Of a stretch of 64,000 nt of DNA, positions 26,251 through 41,005 are shown one piece after another (the stretch's first letter is position 1; the number at the start of each line of letters is the position of its first letter). The notes below the pieces were generated by a model. That model saw only the letters and a program-made list of their open reading frames with translations. It had not been told where the DNA came from and searched no databases. The DNA is taken from NCBI RefSeq assembly GCF_963921235.1, contig NC_086108.1, positions 23,250,001 to 23,314,000 of the forward strand. Reading direction: 5' to 3'. The position numbers and the translations under genes were made by a program. Source of the stretch: Mobula hypostoma. Taxonomy: Eukaryota.

Positions 26251-26830
26251 CGCACAGATCTGGAACATTCCATGTTCGAACATCAGCAACTTATATGTGA
26301 TTGTGTCCTTGGTTAGTTTTTTTTAAACTTAAATAACTTCCAGTTTACCAATATGTGCATGTGTTGGTGCTGGAAGGGAAAATCACTTCTGTGATATACT
26401 ACTTCACCTCATCTATGTTGAATTTCTGTTGTCACCATACATGATAAGTGCTCTGGTCTTCAATTCTCTTGATCCTCTGCCATAGTTTTTGTTGGAGATA
26501 TTGTGCATAATGTGAGGAAAATCCCAAAGGAAGTTCAGCTTGACTGGTTATATCCACATTAATCATGCCCTCTATCATTCCATGCATACACTTTTAGTCA
26601 AGTGAACCTAAATAATTTAAAACCAAAAGCTTAGAATTGTCTCAGGCACTCTTTATTTTCCATGTATGTCTCATTCTTTTAAGTCCTAATGTCTTGTATG
26701 GCCTTCCCTTTTACAAAATTTGATTAGCCTGTGGTTCAATAACCCAGTTTTTCATGCCCAGAAGCTGATGATAATTGCTGGAGAATGAATTGGGTTGTCT
26801 GATGTTGGCCTTTTCTCTTTTGTTGTTTAG

Positions 26831-26976
26831 GACCTACATGAGTGTGAAGGAACTGAAGGAGATGCTGCAGATCAATGGTTCCATGCATCTGAACGTCTAT
26901 TTTGCCAGTTCGGTGCGGGAGGAGCTGGCAGGTGCTGCTACTTGGCCCTGGGATAAAGAAGCCCTGACTTATTTGG
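26831..26976 (+). CDS. PAPPA2: Pappalysin-2 internal coding exon (146 bp), N-terminal part of the M43 protease domain
   Basis: ttgttgtttAG acceptor and GTaagt donor. Translates (R)[48 protein letters not shown](G). The SVKELKE and [17 protein letters not shown] motifs resemble PAPPA2 more than PAPPA. The phase-1 end joins the 49030 exon in frame (G+GT = Gly). Confidence 0.93.
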
Positions 26977-29900
26977 GTAAGTGTGCTCAAGAGCACTAGT
27001 GGGTAGGGTTTTCCATTCGCTGGGTGATGTCGGTCAGTTATATACTGTACATTCTGTGCCTATCAATCTCACTGTGATTAAAGTGAACAGAACCACTTCT
27101 AGTGTTTGTCAGATGACACATACACCAAATGGTCTTTGGCTATGCTTTTGTGAAAAGTTGAGATCTTAGAAAAGAAGGAGTCAACAGATCAAAGCCTTTC
27201 TTAAAAGGAAGGACCAACGTCTTCTTTTAGAGTCATTGCTCTTAACATTAGATATGATTGTGGCATTTAAGAAGCTTTTTGATGGGCAAGTGAATTTGTA
27301 GGGAATGGAGGGATATAGACCTTGTGCAGGTAGAAGGGATTGGTGTAATTAGACATCATTAGCTTAGGTCGTTTGGTACGAGATTGTTGGCTGAATGCCT
27401 GTTCCTACGCTTCACTGTTGTAAGTTCTGTTGGCAGTTTCTGTGCTGCCTCAGTTATCTGCAGCTGGGACTCCTATCTATTACTTGTTAACTCAAAACAT
27501 TATTGCTGAACACTCCTCTGAAAATGTTTAGACTGGAGTGGAAGGGTTGGCATACGGGGTGTAGTGGTAATGTGAGAGGCTGGAGCTGTTAAAAATAGGT
27601 CAATAAACATGGAATGAAATGATCTCTGAGCAGGTATGATGAGATCGACTGAGACAGGCAGAATTTTGATTAGCTATCCTGTGATATATTGGTGCTCAGA
27701 TGTCTCTTAGGACAGAGTTCCACTTTTGATCCACAGGTTTTGAGTCATGCCATTGACAGTCTAAGAGTTCAGTAGCTTAAAGTTTTAATGATCCTTTCAA
27801 GAGAAGGAAAGCTTAGTAAGTTTTCATGTGCATGTCTTAAGTTGTGCGTCTGCATTGATCAAAGAAAAATAGAGTGTGTTATGTTTCAGATTGCAGAAAG
27901 GAAGGAGATGTGTCCTTTGTTTTTTTTCTGTTCCTTTTATTTCTGCTGTAGATAGTTTTTTTGTTGTTCAAAGACTGAGCCTTTGGGACTGATGCTTTGG
28001 GGTGAGTGCATGTTCCTTTTGCTGCTTTATCTAGGGAATGAGATAGCTGCAATTATTCTTCTTACCTGTGCACAGAGGGAGAGGTTGCTTATAATTTACG
28101 TAGACCATGGGTAAAAGAAAGATATGGTTTAAATCTCAAGGGACATGGACTTTTTATGCCAAATCATGCTGAATCTGATATATTGTTATCACTTTCAGCG
28201 TTATCTCATCAATAAAAGTATGGAGTTGACAGTGAAAATTACCGCCCCTACCCCACACCCAGGACAAGGGTAATAATCTGATGAAAGATAATTGACATGA
28301 AATTTTAATTCTGTTTCTTTCTGTATAGACACTATCTAATCTTTGTGTACTTTCCTCACATTTCATGTTACTAATGAACACTGAATGGCCTTGGCAAAGA
28401 ATGGAGTTTGACCTGTTAAATTATTGTCCTGTTTGTGGGTCTGTAGGTATCCCCTATTTGGAATAAGTAATTATAATGCTATAAAACAGTGAATCCTCTG
28501 ACATGTACAGGCATACGCTCAAACACAGTCGCCGAATCGGTAACGTTGAGAACTCCAGATGTGTCCAGAAATGCAGCAGGGAAATGCACTTCGCTACTCC
28601 ATTCAGTTGGTGTTTTGTCCTCTTGCAGCCCACAGTGTTGTTCCTTGCTTTTTGGATGAGGGACCTTGTATCAGCAAAAATACAAGTCAAATACAAGTTA
28701 TCAGCAAAAATTAAGAACAGATTTGCTAACTTCTGAGGAAATATTTTCAAAAGTTATATAAAAGTAGGACTGCAATCAGATTTTATTTACGTTATACTTT
28801 AGCCAGGGTGTATTGCATAAACAGTGGTTACGCACACCTTTCAAGTCAACTGGGAGCTGTTATTAAAAAAAAGCACTTGTCTTAAGTTAACAGCGCAAAC
28901 TGTTTATTTGTGCATTAGCTTTAGTTAAGTTGTCAAATTTCTAGCAGTTCAGAAAGTAATGTTGGTTCAAGTTTAGAGGTTTTCTCCAGAATTTGGACTA
29001 AACTCTTGGCCAATGTAAAACTGGAATACAAGTGTGCAAGTGTATGACCACAGACGGGTTGGTAGAAGGTCACCTTGGCAGGTTCCGAAATGAATGTGTA
29101 CAGAGGATTGGTAAAGGAACACAAATGTACTTAGATTTTAAAAATAATATTGAAATACATTAACTACATATGGTGTATGAAATTAAAAAGCTTACAATTA
29201 CACAGGCTTCACCTCTTTAATTCTCATCTCATGCTTAGGTGATAAATTTATGACATTATTTAATATTAAAATTTTTTGCAGCACAGTTGTTTTATAATGG
29301 TATTTTCTGAAGAATGAAGTGCTCAGTCAGATCTTTATTTTGAATAGCTCAAGTGTGTTAAGTATTTTTGTTCCATTTACGATATAAAATAAAATTCGAA
29401 AAGCTTTGTTAAGTTCCTTGTTTGAAGTCATTCTGGGGTCTATTTAGACTTTTGTTGGTTTTTATTTGAAAATATCAGTTTTTAGCAAAGCTTGTGTTTC
29501 GTGTTGCTTTTGTCCAGTATAAAGATGATTAAATCAGTCCCTTGTGGATAATTTGACAAGGCACATCAGTAGCTTTTAAATTAAACCTTGTTGATCAAGG
29601 GAAGCTTACTACCATACTAAAGAACTTACACACCCAATTCAGGGTTGAACTCTTGCTCTCAATTGCCCTTCAATATTGATAACATGGCAGGATGGTAGAA
29701 GTGAACCTTAGACCAAATTTCATCCAATTCTTCTAAATGTATTTGTTTTTTGTTGGTTCACTTTTTCCTAACAGATGCAAGACACAGTGATTCAGAAACA
29801 GTTTTACTAGTTGTTGCGGAGCATATAATCACGTGAATGTAATGATACACAGCCTCTCATATCCAGCAGTGTTCATAAATACCACGTTGATGGGTTACTT

Positions 29901-30012
29901 GGCCACTGTAAATTTTCCTTAGTATATAGGTGAGTGATGGAATGTATGGAGAATAGAAGAGAATGTGGGAAAAATAAAAATTAAATTGATGTGGGTGAAG
30001 TGGAAATGGGTG

Positions 30013-30600
30013 GTTCAAAGTTCAAAGTAAATTTATTATCAAAGTACACATATATCACCATATACAACCCTTAAATTTATTTTCTCATGGGCATTCATAG
30101 TAAATACAAGAAAGAAAATAGAATTAAAGAATGACCAACCCCATCCAATGTGCAAAAGACAAAAAACAAACTGAGCAAACACAAATGAAATAAAAATAAT
30201 AGATATTGAGAACATGAGATGAAGAGTCCTTGAAAGTGAGTCCATAGGTTGTGGGAAAAATTTAGTGATGGTGCAAATGAAGTTGAGTGAATTAGACCCT
30301 CTGGTTCAAGCTGGACTTGCATGCTGGACAGATACTCTGATCAGAGGCTGCTGACCCTCTCCATCTCTGAGCTCCCAATAAGGACTGGCTCATGGACCTC
30401 AAGTTTCCTCCTCTTGAAGTCAATCATCTCCTTGCTCTTACTGACATTACGTGGGAGGTTGTTGTTATGACACCATTCAGCAAGATTTTCATTCTTCCTC
30501 CTGTATGCTGATTTGTCAGCACCTGTGATTTGGCCAACGACAGTGGCGTCATCAGCAAAATTAAATATGGCATTGGAGCTGTGCTGAGACTCACAGTAAT
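30013..30600 (-). mobile_element. Rex1-type 3' fragment, same family as 12866 and 14664
   Basis: Same (ttcaaag) tail and body, with an internal deletion. Confidence 0.8.
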
Positions 30601-31722
30601 GAGTTGGTGGATGGTCTGTGAGCCAAAAGGCCTGTTTATGTGCTTTAGCTCTCTGACTTCATGGCTCTGTTTATTAGGACCACTGCTCCCGCTGTTGATC
30701 TTCTCTTCTGAGCATGTAGGATTGCCAGAAACCACCAAGATCCTTCAGCAAATATGCAGAGTAGATTTTGACTATATCATTGATATCACCAGCAGAAGGG
30801 ATGGGAATCAGTGAAAGCGGCTTCCTCTTCAAACCCAGCTGGTGACTGTGACAGTTTGTACCCACGTCTAAAAAGACAAGATTATGTATCTACTTTCATG
30901 GCCACCTGTGTATAATTCAAGGAAAGAGATTGCACTCATGTCAGAACAGCTGCAGTTAATTTAAAAAAAAATGCCCGAGTCTTTAATTAAATACTGTACT
31001 TTTTATTTGTACAGTCTGGGCCTTGGCCATCCTTTCGTTTGAGTGTGTTTGATATTTTCAAATGAACTTTCCTTTAGCCTTACTAAAATCCCATTCCCAA
31101 ATAACAGCTCGTTCATGAAACTAGATGGTCTGATTCCCCATTACCAGTTCCTCCATTAATTCAATCTCTCCCATTCCCAAGTACCAAACTTTCCATTTAC
31201 TGGCTCATTTCCAAACATCAGTCCCTCTATTAATCCAGCTTGTCACATACCAGCTCCTTCTTTAACTCACCCAGTCCCAATATGGAATTTCAGATGCTTT
31301 GCTAATGTAACAAATCCTATTGCACAATATCAGATCTTCAAGTTACTCAATCCTCCCATTCTCACACACAAGCTCATTCTCAAATGTGGTAAGTTTGTTT
31401 CTCAGAAGCAGTTGTTCCATCACCAACATCATGTATGTTGTTTTAGATGTAATTTTCCCTTGTCTTGCTCTCCTTTGAGCTTATATACTGAATACTCTGC
31501 ACTAGGTATTCAACAATTAGATTCAGCTGCTGGCACAGAGTCCATAGATTTGTTTGACATGTACCAGATGTGTATAAGTTATTATCTGTGATCTAAGCTG
31601 TTCAGACTGTTACGTTTTGCACACTTTGCAAAATGCTCAGCTCTGTATCATAGTGTAAATCTACAGTACGTTACTATCATATGTTGTGTTAGCACCACTA
31701 TCATAGGCTCATTAGTTATGTT

Positions 31723-33875
31723 TAGAACATAGAACATAGAATAGTACAGCACAGTACAGGCCCTTCGGCCCACAATGTTGTGCCGACCCTCAAACCCTGC
31801 CTCCCATATAAGCCCCCACCTTAAATTCCTCCATATACCTGTCTAGTAGTCTCTTAAACTTCACTAGTGTATCTGCCTCCACCACTGACTCAGGCAGTGC
31901 ATTCCATGCACCAACCACTCTCTGAGTGAAAAACCTTCCTCTAATATCCCCCTTGAACTTCCCACCCCTTACCTTAAAGCTATGTCCTCTTGTATTGAGC
32001 AGTGGTGCCCCAGGGAAGAGGCGCTGGCTATCCACTCTATCTATTCCTCTTATTATCTTGTACACCTCTATCATGTCTCCTTTCATCTTCCTTCTCTCCA
32101 AAGAGTAAAGCACTAGTTCTCTTAATCTCTGATCATAATGCATACTCTCTAAACCAGGCAGCATCCTGGTAAATCTCCTCTGTACCCTTTCCAATGCTTC
32201 CACATCCTTCCTATAGTGAGGCGACCAGAACTGGACACAGTACTCCAAGTGTGGTCTAACCAAAGTTTTATAGAGCTTCATCATTACATTGCGACTCTTA
32301 AACTCTATCCCTCGACTTATGAAAGCTAACACCCCATAAGCTTTCTTAACTACCCTATCAACCTGTGAGGCAGCTTTCAGGGATGTGTGGACATGTACTC
32401 CCAGATCCCTCTGCTCCTCCACACTACCAAGTATCCTGCCATTTACTTTGTACTCTGCCTTGGAGTTTGTCCTTCCAAAGTGTACCACCTCACACTTCTC
32501 CGGGTTGAACTCCACCTGCCACTTCTCAGCCCACTTCTGCATCCTATCAATGTCTCTCTGCAATCTTTGACAATCCTCTACACTATCTACAACACCACCA
32601 ACCTTTGTGTCGTCTGCAAACTTGCCAACCCACCCTTCTACCTCCACATCCAGGTCGTTAATAAAAATCATGAAAAGTAGAGGTCCCAGAACAGATCCTT
32701 GTGGGACACCACTAGTTACAATCCTCCAATCTGAATGTACTCCCTCCACCACCACCCTCTGCCTTCTGCAGGCAAGCCAATTCTGAATCCACCTGGCCAA
32801 ACTTCCCTGGATCCCATGCCTTGTAACTTTCTGAATAAGCCTACTGTGTGGAACCTTGTCAAATGCCTTACTAAAATCCATATAGATCACATCCACTGCA
32901 CTACCCTCATCTATATGCCTGGTCACCTCCTCGAAGAACTCTGTCAGGCTTGTTAGAACGATCTGCCCTTCACAAAGCCATGCTGACTGTCCCTGATCAG
33001 ACCATGATTCTCTAAATGCCCAGAGATCCTATCTCTAAGAATCTTTTCCAACAGCTTTCCCACCACAGATGTAAGGCTCACTGGTTTATAATTATCCGGA
33101 CTATCCCTACTACCTTTTATGAACAAGGGGACAACATTCGCCTCCCTCCAATCCTCCGATACCATTCCCGTGGACAACGAGGACATAAAGATCCTAGCCA
33201 GAGGCTCAGCAATCTCTTCCCTCGCCTTGTGGAGCAGCCTGGGGAATATTCTGTCAGGCCCCAGGGACTTATCCATCCTAATGTATTTTAACAACTCCAA
33301 CACCTCCTCTCTCTTAATATCAACATGCTGCAGAACATCAACCTCACTCATATTGTCCTCACCATCATCAAGTTCCCTCTCATTGGTGAATACTGAAGAG
33401 AAGTATTCATTGAGGACCTCGCTCACTTCCATAGCCTCCAGGCACATCTTTCCACCTTTATCTCTAATCGGTCCTACCTTCACTCCTGTCATCCTTTTGT
33501 TCTTCACATAATTGAAGAATGCCTTGGGGTTTTCCTTTACCCTACTCGCCAAGGCCTTGTCATGCCCCCTTCTTGCTCTTCTCAGCCCCTCTTAAGCTCC
33601 TTTCTTGCTTCCCTATATTCCTCAATAGACCCATCTGATCCTTGCTTCCTAAACCTCATGTATGCTGCCTTCTTCCACCTGACTAGATCTTCCACCTCAC
33701 TTGTCTCCCATGGTTCCTTCACCCTACCATTCTTTATCTTCCTCACCGGGACAAATTTATCCCTAACATCCTGCAAGAGATCTCTGAACATCGACCACAC
33801 GTCCATAGTACTTTTCCCTGCAAAAACATCATCCCAATTCACACCCGCAAGTTCTAGCCTTATAGCCTCATAATT
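31723..33875 (-). mobile_element. Young 5'-truncated CR1 LINE
   Basis: ORFs 33582-33911, 32953-33552 and 31790-32926 reconstruct ORF2 RT (MDFSKAFD, FADD). (AGAACAT)n tail. Confidence 0.96.
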
Positions 33876-34029
33876 TAGTCCAAGATTTTTTTCCCTTTCC
33901 ACTGAAGGCATGTGTGAAATGTGACAATTAACTATATGTAAAATTTATCGGGTGGCTGCTTTACTAAGAAAGACATGAAAATTCTTGTCAGTTCTGACTC
34001 CTTTCTCAAGGCACAATCTTGGACCTCTT

Positions 34030-34450
34030 GTCCTAACCTTGTTTCCTGAGATGAGGGTTTACTCTGTGAAGAAAGATTGAAGAGGATTGGCTTGCTCACT
34101 GGAATTTGTGAAAATGAGAGGTGTTCTCTTTGAGATATACAAAATTTTGTGTGAGAATTTGACAGAAGCTGTTTCCTCTCAGTGCAGGGTTTAGAATGGG
34201 AAGCCCTTCTCTTAAGATCAGAATGAGGTGAGAAATTTCTTTGCGCAGAGGGTTGTGAATCTTTAGAATTCTCTACCTCAGGGTTGTAGATGCAGAGTCA
34301 TTGCATATATTAAAGATTAAGGTGAAGAGTTTTTTTTCAAAGAGGGTCACAGAATGTAGACATTGGGCATGTAAATGGAAGAGGGACAGGATTAGCCAGG
34401 ATCTTGCTGAACTTCAGATCAGGACTGGTCTATTCCAGCTGCCTTGTGTT
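34030..34450 (+). mobile_element. Old CR1 3' fragment
   Basis: cagagggttgtgaatctttagaattctctacctcag matches the CR1 tail motif. Confidence 0.6.
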
Positions 34451-34611
34451 CGTGAAATCCTTTATCCTTATGATGTGGGCAGCACACTGTCTACTTTTCT
34501 GTCTGAGCTTGCTCTTATTCATAAGCTTTCTACCGGGTTAAAATTAAAACTGTGCCTCTTATGTCCTGGTACTTATGGTCATTCCATCAATTCCTTGGTA
34601 TTTCTTAAACC

Positions 34612-37352
34612 AGAGAAACCATAGAAACTACAGCACAGAAACAGACCTTTTGGCCCTTCTTGGCTGTGCTGAACCATTTTCTGCCTAGTCCCACTGACCT
34701 GCACACGGACCATATCCCTCCCTACACCTCCCATCCATGTATCTGTCCAATTTATTCTTAAATGTTAAAAAAGAACCCACATTTACCACCTCGTCTGGCA
34801 GCTCATTCCATACTCCCACCACTCTCTGTGTGAAGAAGCCCCCCCCTAATGTTCCCTTTAAACTTTTCCCCCCTCACCCTTAACCTATGTCCTCTGTTTT
34901 TTTTCTCCCCTTGCCTCAGTGGAAAAAGCCTGCTTGCATTCACTCTATCAATACCCATCATAATTTTATATACCTTTGTCAAATCTCCCCTCATTCTTCT
35001 ACGCTCCAGGGAATAAAGTCCTAACCTATTCAATCTTTCTCTGTAACTGAGTTTCTCAAGTCCTGGCAACATCCTTGTAAACCTTCTCTGCACTCTTTCA
35101 ACCTTATTTATATCCTTCCTGTAATTTGGTGACCAAAACTGAACACAATACTCCAGATTCAGCCTCACCAATGCCTTATACAACCTCACCATAACATTCC
35201 AGCTCCTATACTCAATACTTTAATTAATAAAGGCCAATGTACCAAAAGCTCTCTTTACCACCCTATCTACCTGGACGCCACTTTTAGGGAATTTTGTATC
35301 TGTATTCCCAGATCCCTCTGTTCCACTGCACTCCTCAGTGCCTTACCGTTAACCGTGTATGTTCTACCTTGGTTTGTCCTTCCAATGTGCAATACCTCAC
35401 ACTTGTCTGTATTAAACTCCATCTGCCATTTTTCAGCCCATTTTTCCAGCTGGTCCAAGTCCCTCTGCAGGCTCTGAAAACCTTCCTCACTGTCTACTAC
35501 ACCTCCAATCTTTGTATCATCAGTAAATTTGCTGATCCAATTTACCACATTATCATCCAGATCATTGATATAGATGACAAATAACAATGGACCCAGCACT
35601 GATCCCTGTGGCACACCACTAGTCACAGGCCTCCACTCAGAGAAGCAATTCTCTACTACCACTCTTTGGCTTCTTCCATTGAGCCAATGTCTAATCCAAT
35701 TTACCACCTCTCCATGTATACCTAGCGACTGAATTTTCCAAACTAACCTCCCATGTGGGACCTTGTCAAAGGCCTTACTGAAGTCCATGTAGACAATATC
35801 CACTGCCTTCCCTTCATCCACTTTCCTGGTAACCTCCTCGAAAAACTTCAATAGATTGGTCAAACATGACCTACCACGCACAAAGCCATGTTGACTCTCC
35901 CTAATAAGTCCCTGTCTATCCAAATGCTTGTAGATTCTGTCTCTTAGTACTCCCTCCAATAACTTACCCACGACCGACGATGAACTCACTGGCCTATAAT
36001 TTCCCGGATTACTTTTCGATCCTTTTTTAAACAACGGAACAACATCAGCCACTCTCCAATCCTCCGGCACCTCACCTGTAGACAGCGACATTATAAATAT
36101 TTCTGCCAGGGCCCCTGCAATTTCAACACTTGTCTCCTTCAAGGTCCGAGGGAACACTCTGTCAGGTCCCGGGGATTTATCCACTTTAATTTTCCTCAAG
36201 ACAGCAAGGACCTCCTCCTTTTCGATCTGTACAGTTTCCATGATCTCACTACTTGTTTCCCTTAATTCCATAGACTTCATGCCAGTTTCCTGAGTAAATA
36301 CAGACGCAAAAAACCTATTTAAGATCTCCCCCATTTCCTTTGGTTCTGCACATAGCCGACCACTCTGATCATCAAGAGGACCAATTTTATCCCTTACAAT
36401 CCTTTTGCTCTTAATATACCTGTAAAAGCTCTTTGGATTATCCTTCACTTTGACTGCCAAGGCAACCTCATGTCTTCTTTTAGCCCTCCTGATTTCTTTC
36501 TTAAGTATTTTCTTGCACTTCTTATACTCCTCTAGCACCTTATTTACTCCCTGCTTCTTATACATATCATACAACTCCCTCTTCTTCTTTATCAGAGTTG
36601 CAATATCCCTTGAGAACCAAGGTTCCTTATTCCTATTCACTTTGCCTTTAATCCTGACAGGAACATACAAATTCTGCACTCTCAAAATTTCTCCTTTGAA
36701 GGCTTCCCACCTACCGATCACATCTTTGCCAGAGAACAGCCTGTCCCAATCCATGCTTTTTAGATCCTTTCTCATTTCTTCAAATTTGTCCTTCTTCCCA
36801 TTAAGAACCTCAACCCTAGGACCAGATCTACCCTTGTCCATGATCAAGTTGAAACTAATGGTGTTATGATCACTGGAACCAAAGTGCTCCCCTACACAGA
36901 CTTCTGTCACTTGTCCTAACTCGCTTCCTAACAGGAGATCCAATATTGCATCCCCTCTGGTTGGTCCCTCTATATATTGATTTAGAAAACTTTCCTGAAC
37001 ACATTTTACAAACTCTAAACCATCTAGACCCCTAACAGTAGGGAGTCCCAATCAATATATGGAAGATTAAAATCCCCTAGCACCACAATTTTATGTTTCC
37101 TGCAGTTGCCTGCTATCTCTCTGCAGATTTGCTCTTCCAAGTCTCGTTGACTATTGGGTGGTCTGTAATACAATCCCACTAATGTGGCCATACCTTTCCT
37201 ATTTCTCAGCTCCACCCATAAGGACTCAGTAGACAAGCCCTCTAATCTGTCCTGCCTGAGCACTGCTGTAATATTTTCCCTAACAAGCAATGCTATTCCC
37301 CCACCTTTCATTCTCCTGCCTCGATCACATCTGAAACATCGGAACCCTGGAA
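34612..37352 (-). mobile_element. CR1 LINE ORF2 (partial endonuclease plus RT), few disruptions
   Basis: ORFs 37024-37311 (GGGIALLV, YRPP, GDFN), 35267-37051 (594 aa; SDH and RT) and 34803-35192. (agaaaccat) tail. Confidence 0.96.
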
Positions 37353-37484
37353 TCTTCTCTTCTTAGGAGTAAAGATGGATGGAAGGAAGGTAGTTAGCCA
37401 GATGTCAAGTACCCCTGACACAGAATAGAACTCTCAGAACCAAGGGTGCCGATTTCAAAAGGGAAAGCCTTGAAGGTGATAATA

Positions 37485-38200
37485 ATACATAGGAGTAGAA
37501 TTAGGCCATTTGGACCATCGAGTCTGCTCCATCATTCCATCATGATTGATTTATTAACCCTTTCAACCTCATTCTCGTGCCATCTCCCTGTAATCTTTGA
37601 CACCCCGACTAATCAAGAACCTATCAAACTCTGCTTTAGATATTCCCAATGACTTGGCCTCCACAGCCATCGGTGGCAATGAATTCCACAGATTCACCAG
37701 CCTCTGGCTAAAGAAATTGCTCCTCATCTCTGTACAAAGGTCCGAGGCTATGCCCTCTGGTCATAAACTCATCCTTTCCACATCCACTCTATCAAGACTT
37801 TTCAATATTTGATAGATTTCAATGGCATCCCCTCTCATTCTTTTAAATTCTAGTGAGTACAGGTCCAGAGACAGCAAACACTGCGTATACCCTCCCTTTC
37901 ATTCCTGGGATCATTTTCGTGAACTTTTCTCTGGACCCTCTCCAATGGGCAGCGTATGCTTCCTTAGATAAGTGGGCCAAAACTGAATAAGAGCAAGTGC
38001 AGTCTGACCAGTGCCTTATAAAGCCTCAGCATTACATCCTTGCTTTTATATTCTCGTCCTCTCGAAATGAATGCTAACATTGCATTTGCCGTCCTTACCA
38101 TTGATTCATCCTGCAAGTTAACTTAGGGAATCCTGCATGAGGACTCCCAAGTCCCTTTGTATCTCTGATTTCTCAATTTGCTTCCCGTTTAGAAAATAGT
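37485..38200 (-). mobile_element. CR1 3' fragment
   Basis: Homologous to 24043-24620 and to the reverse complement of 57690-58400. Confidence 0.85.
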
Positions 38201-39435
38201 ATCTGAATTAGTCTCCCTGTCAGACACTAGCACAAGTGAAAGTAGAATGATGAGGCAAATTCGTACATAGCTAGAAACGTGGTGCAGGGTGGTAATATTC
38301 TTGGGACAGCAGAACTATAGTTCCAGTGCAGTGAGTACCTGATCAGAATGGATGGGTTGGACCTCAATAAGAAGCCCAAATAAAGTGGAGAAGGTTTGAA
38401 TATGGTTGAGCAAAGGGCACCTTCATACTGCATTAGATAAAAATCAGTGTGATTAGAGCATAACTCTAGAGTAGTTCTTCTATCTTTCCTCTCTATGAAC
38501 AATGCCAACACAGTGTTATCTGAAAACTTCTGGTTTCACTTTACTTCAGCCACTTTATCCCCTGTCATTCCACTGATAATAGTCTTTCTCCAATTATGTG
38601 ATGTAGGTATTAGATAGTTCTTTATTCTTCTTAGTCACCTTGCTCCCCAGATGCAACAATATTTCCTTCCTCTTCAAGATGAAACTATACTACCTCTGGA
38701 CACATTTTAGTAAACCTTTCACTGTCGTTCGTATCCTTTCACCTGAAATTTTTCCTTCACTCTCACCATTTGACAGTTCTTATAACTTCCCTTCAGGTTT
38801 CCTCCTTTTATTTCCCTCTCAATATATGATGGCCAATGGAATATCCCTAGCAGTGCGATACTGTCCTTCCTGCCTCTTATCTTAAAAAAATGAAACTTAG
38901 TTTTTGACTCCTTTATTCTCTTGGGCACTCTATCTCATAGAATTGCTTTTCTATTTTTCCTCTCTAATTTTTCTGAACACTTTGTATCCAAGGATATTAA
39001 AACCTTCCTCTGTCTTTTCCTGTAATGCAGTCATTGCCACCCTGTGGCATTGTTCATTGTGTCACTGCTCACTGATATAGTCTGCAACCTATCTTTTCAT
39101 TCTTGTGGTCTCACTTAATCTGTCCATAACACAAGCTGGATGACAGGTAAAAATTATGATGGAACAAAATAAAGACGAAAGACACCTGTCAGATGATTAA
39201 ATCTGTGACAAACAGGTTGAATGGAATAAGCAGAGAGGGTGATAAAGAACAAAATATGATGGGGAAAGGGAGAATATGAGAATGCAATTCTAGTAAGACA
39301 GAAAGGGAAATCCAGAATCTTTAAGCATAGAGCAAGATGCTTGCAATAGATGTTGAATGAAATAAAAATTGATAAGGAGATGAAGAAGGACAAGTGATTA
39401 CTTCCTACAAAGTGAAATCCAACATCATGAATGAC

Positions 39436-41005
39436 CAACATCAACATCATGCAGACCAGCTAGCTAAGATTCTCACTGACATCTTCAACATCTCCCTGAG
39501 CAGCACCGTCATTCCTACGTGTTTCAAGGCTGCCACCATTGTCCCCATGCCGAAGAAGTCTTCAGTGTCCTGCCTCAGCAACTACTGTCCTGTCGCACTC
39601 ACATCCATCATCATGAAGTGTTTTGAGAGGCTCGTCATGAGGCACATTGAGACCCTGCTGCCCCTCACTGGACCCCCTGCATTTCGTGTACCGTCCCAAC
39701 CGTTCAACAGACGATGCCATTGCCATCACCCTCCAGCTGGCCCTAACCCACCTGGACAAAAAAGACACATACGTTCGAATGCTGTTCATAGGCTTCAGTT
39801 TAGCATTCAACACAATCATTCCTCAGAAACTGATTGGAAAGCTGAGCCAAATGGGTCTGAACACCTCCCTTTGCAACTGGATCCTAGACTTCCTGAGTGG
39901 GAGACCTCAGTCAGTCTGGATTGGAAACAGCGTCTCCAACACCATCATACTGAGCGCAGGGGCCCCCCAGGGCTGTGTGCTTAGTCCACTGCTGTTCACT
40001 CTGCTGACCCACGACTGTGCTGCAACACACAGCTCGAACCACATCATCAAGTTCACCGATGACACGACCGTGGTGGGTCTCATAAGTAAGAACGATGAGT
40101 CAGCATACAGAGAGGAGGTGCAGCGGCTAATGGACTGGTGCAGAGCCAACAACCTGTCTCTGAATGTGAACAAAACAAAAGAGATGGTTGTTGACTTCAG
40201 GAGGACACGGAACGGCCACTCTCTGCTGAACATTAACGACTCCTCTGTAGAGATCGTTAAGAGCACCAAATTTCTTAGTGTTCACCTGGCGGAGAATCTC
40301 ACCTGGTCCCTCAACACCAGCTCCATAGCAAAGAAAGCCCAGCAGCGTCTCTACTTTCTGCGAAGGCTGAGAAAAGTCCATCTCCCACCCCCCATCCTCA
40401 CCACATTCTACAGAGGTTGTATTGAGACCATCCTGAGCAGCTGCATCACTGCCTGGTTCGGAAATTTCACCATCTCGGATCGCAAGACCCTGCAGCGGAT
40501 AGTGAAGTCAACTGAGAAGATCATTGGGGTCTCTCTTCCTGCCATTACAGACATTTACACCACACGTTGCATCCGTAAAGCAAACAGCATTATGAAGGAC
40601 CCCATGCACCCCTCATACAAACTCTTCTCCCTCCTGCTATCTGGCAAAAGGCACCGAAGTATTCGGGCTCTCACGACCAGACTATGTAACAGTTTCTTCC
40701 CCCAAGCCATCAGACTCACCAATACCCAGAGCCTGGACTGACACCAACCTACTACCCTCTACTGTGCCTATTGTCTTGTTTATTATTTATTGTAATGCCT
40801 GCACTATTTTGTGCACTTTATGCAGTCCTGGGTAGGTCTGTAGTCTAGTGTAGTTTTGTGTTTTTTTTTTACGTAATTCAGTGTAGTTTTTGTATTGTTC
40901 ATTTAGCGCCATGGTCCTGAAAAATGTCTCGTTTTTATTGTGTACTGTACCAGCAGTTATGGTTGAAATGACAATAAAAAGTGACTTGACTTGACTTGAC
41001 TTGAC
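39436..41005 (+). mobile_element. Young 5'-truncated Rex1/Babar LINE
   Basis: ORFs 39394-39984 and 39647-40741 (one frameshift) give [26 protein letters not shown] and SFFPQAIR. (GACTT)n tail; TGAC on both flanks. Confidence 0.93.

Noticed and set aside
28669..28712. tatcagcaaaaa / tacaagt short duplications
   Set aside because: Consistent with a simple local slippage duplication, with no further structure.
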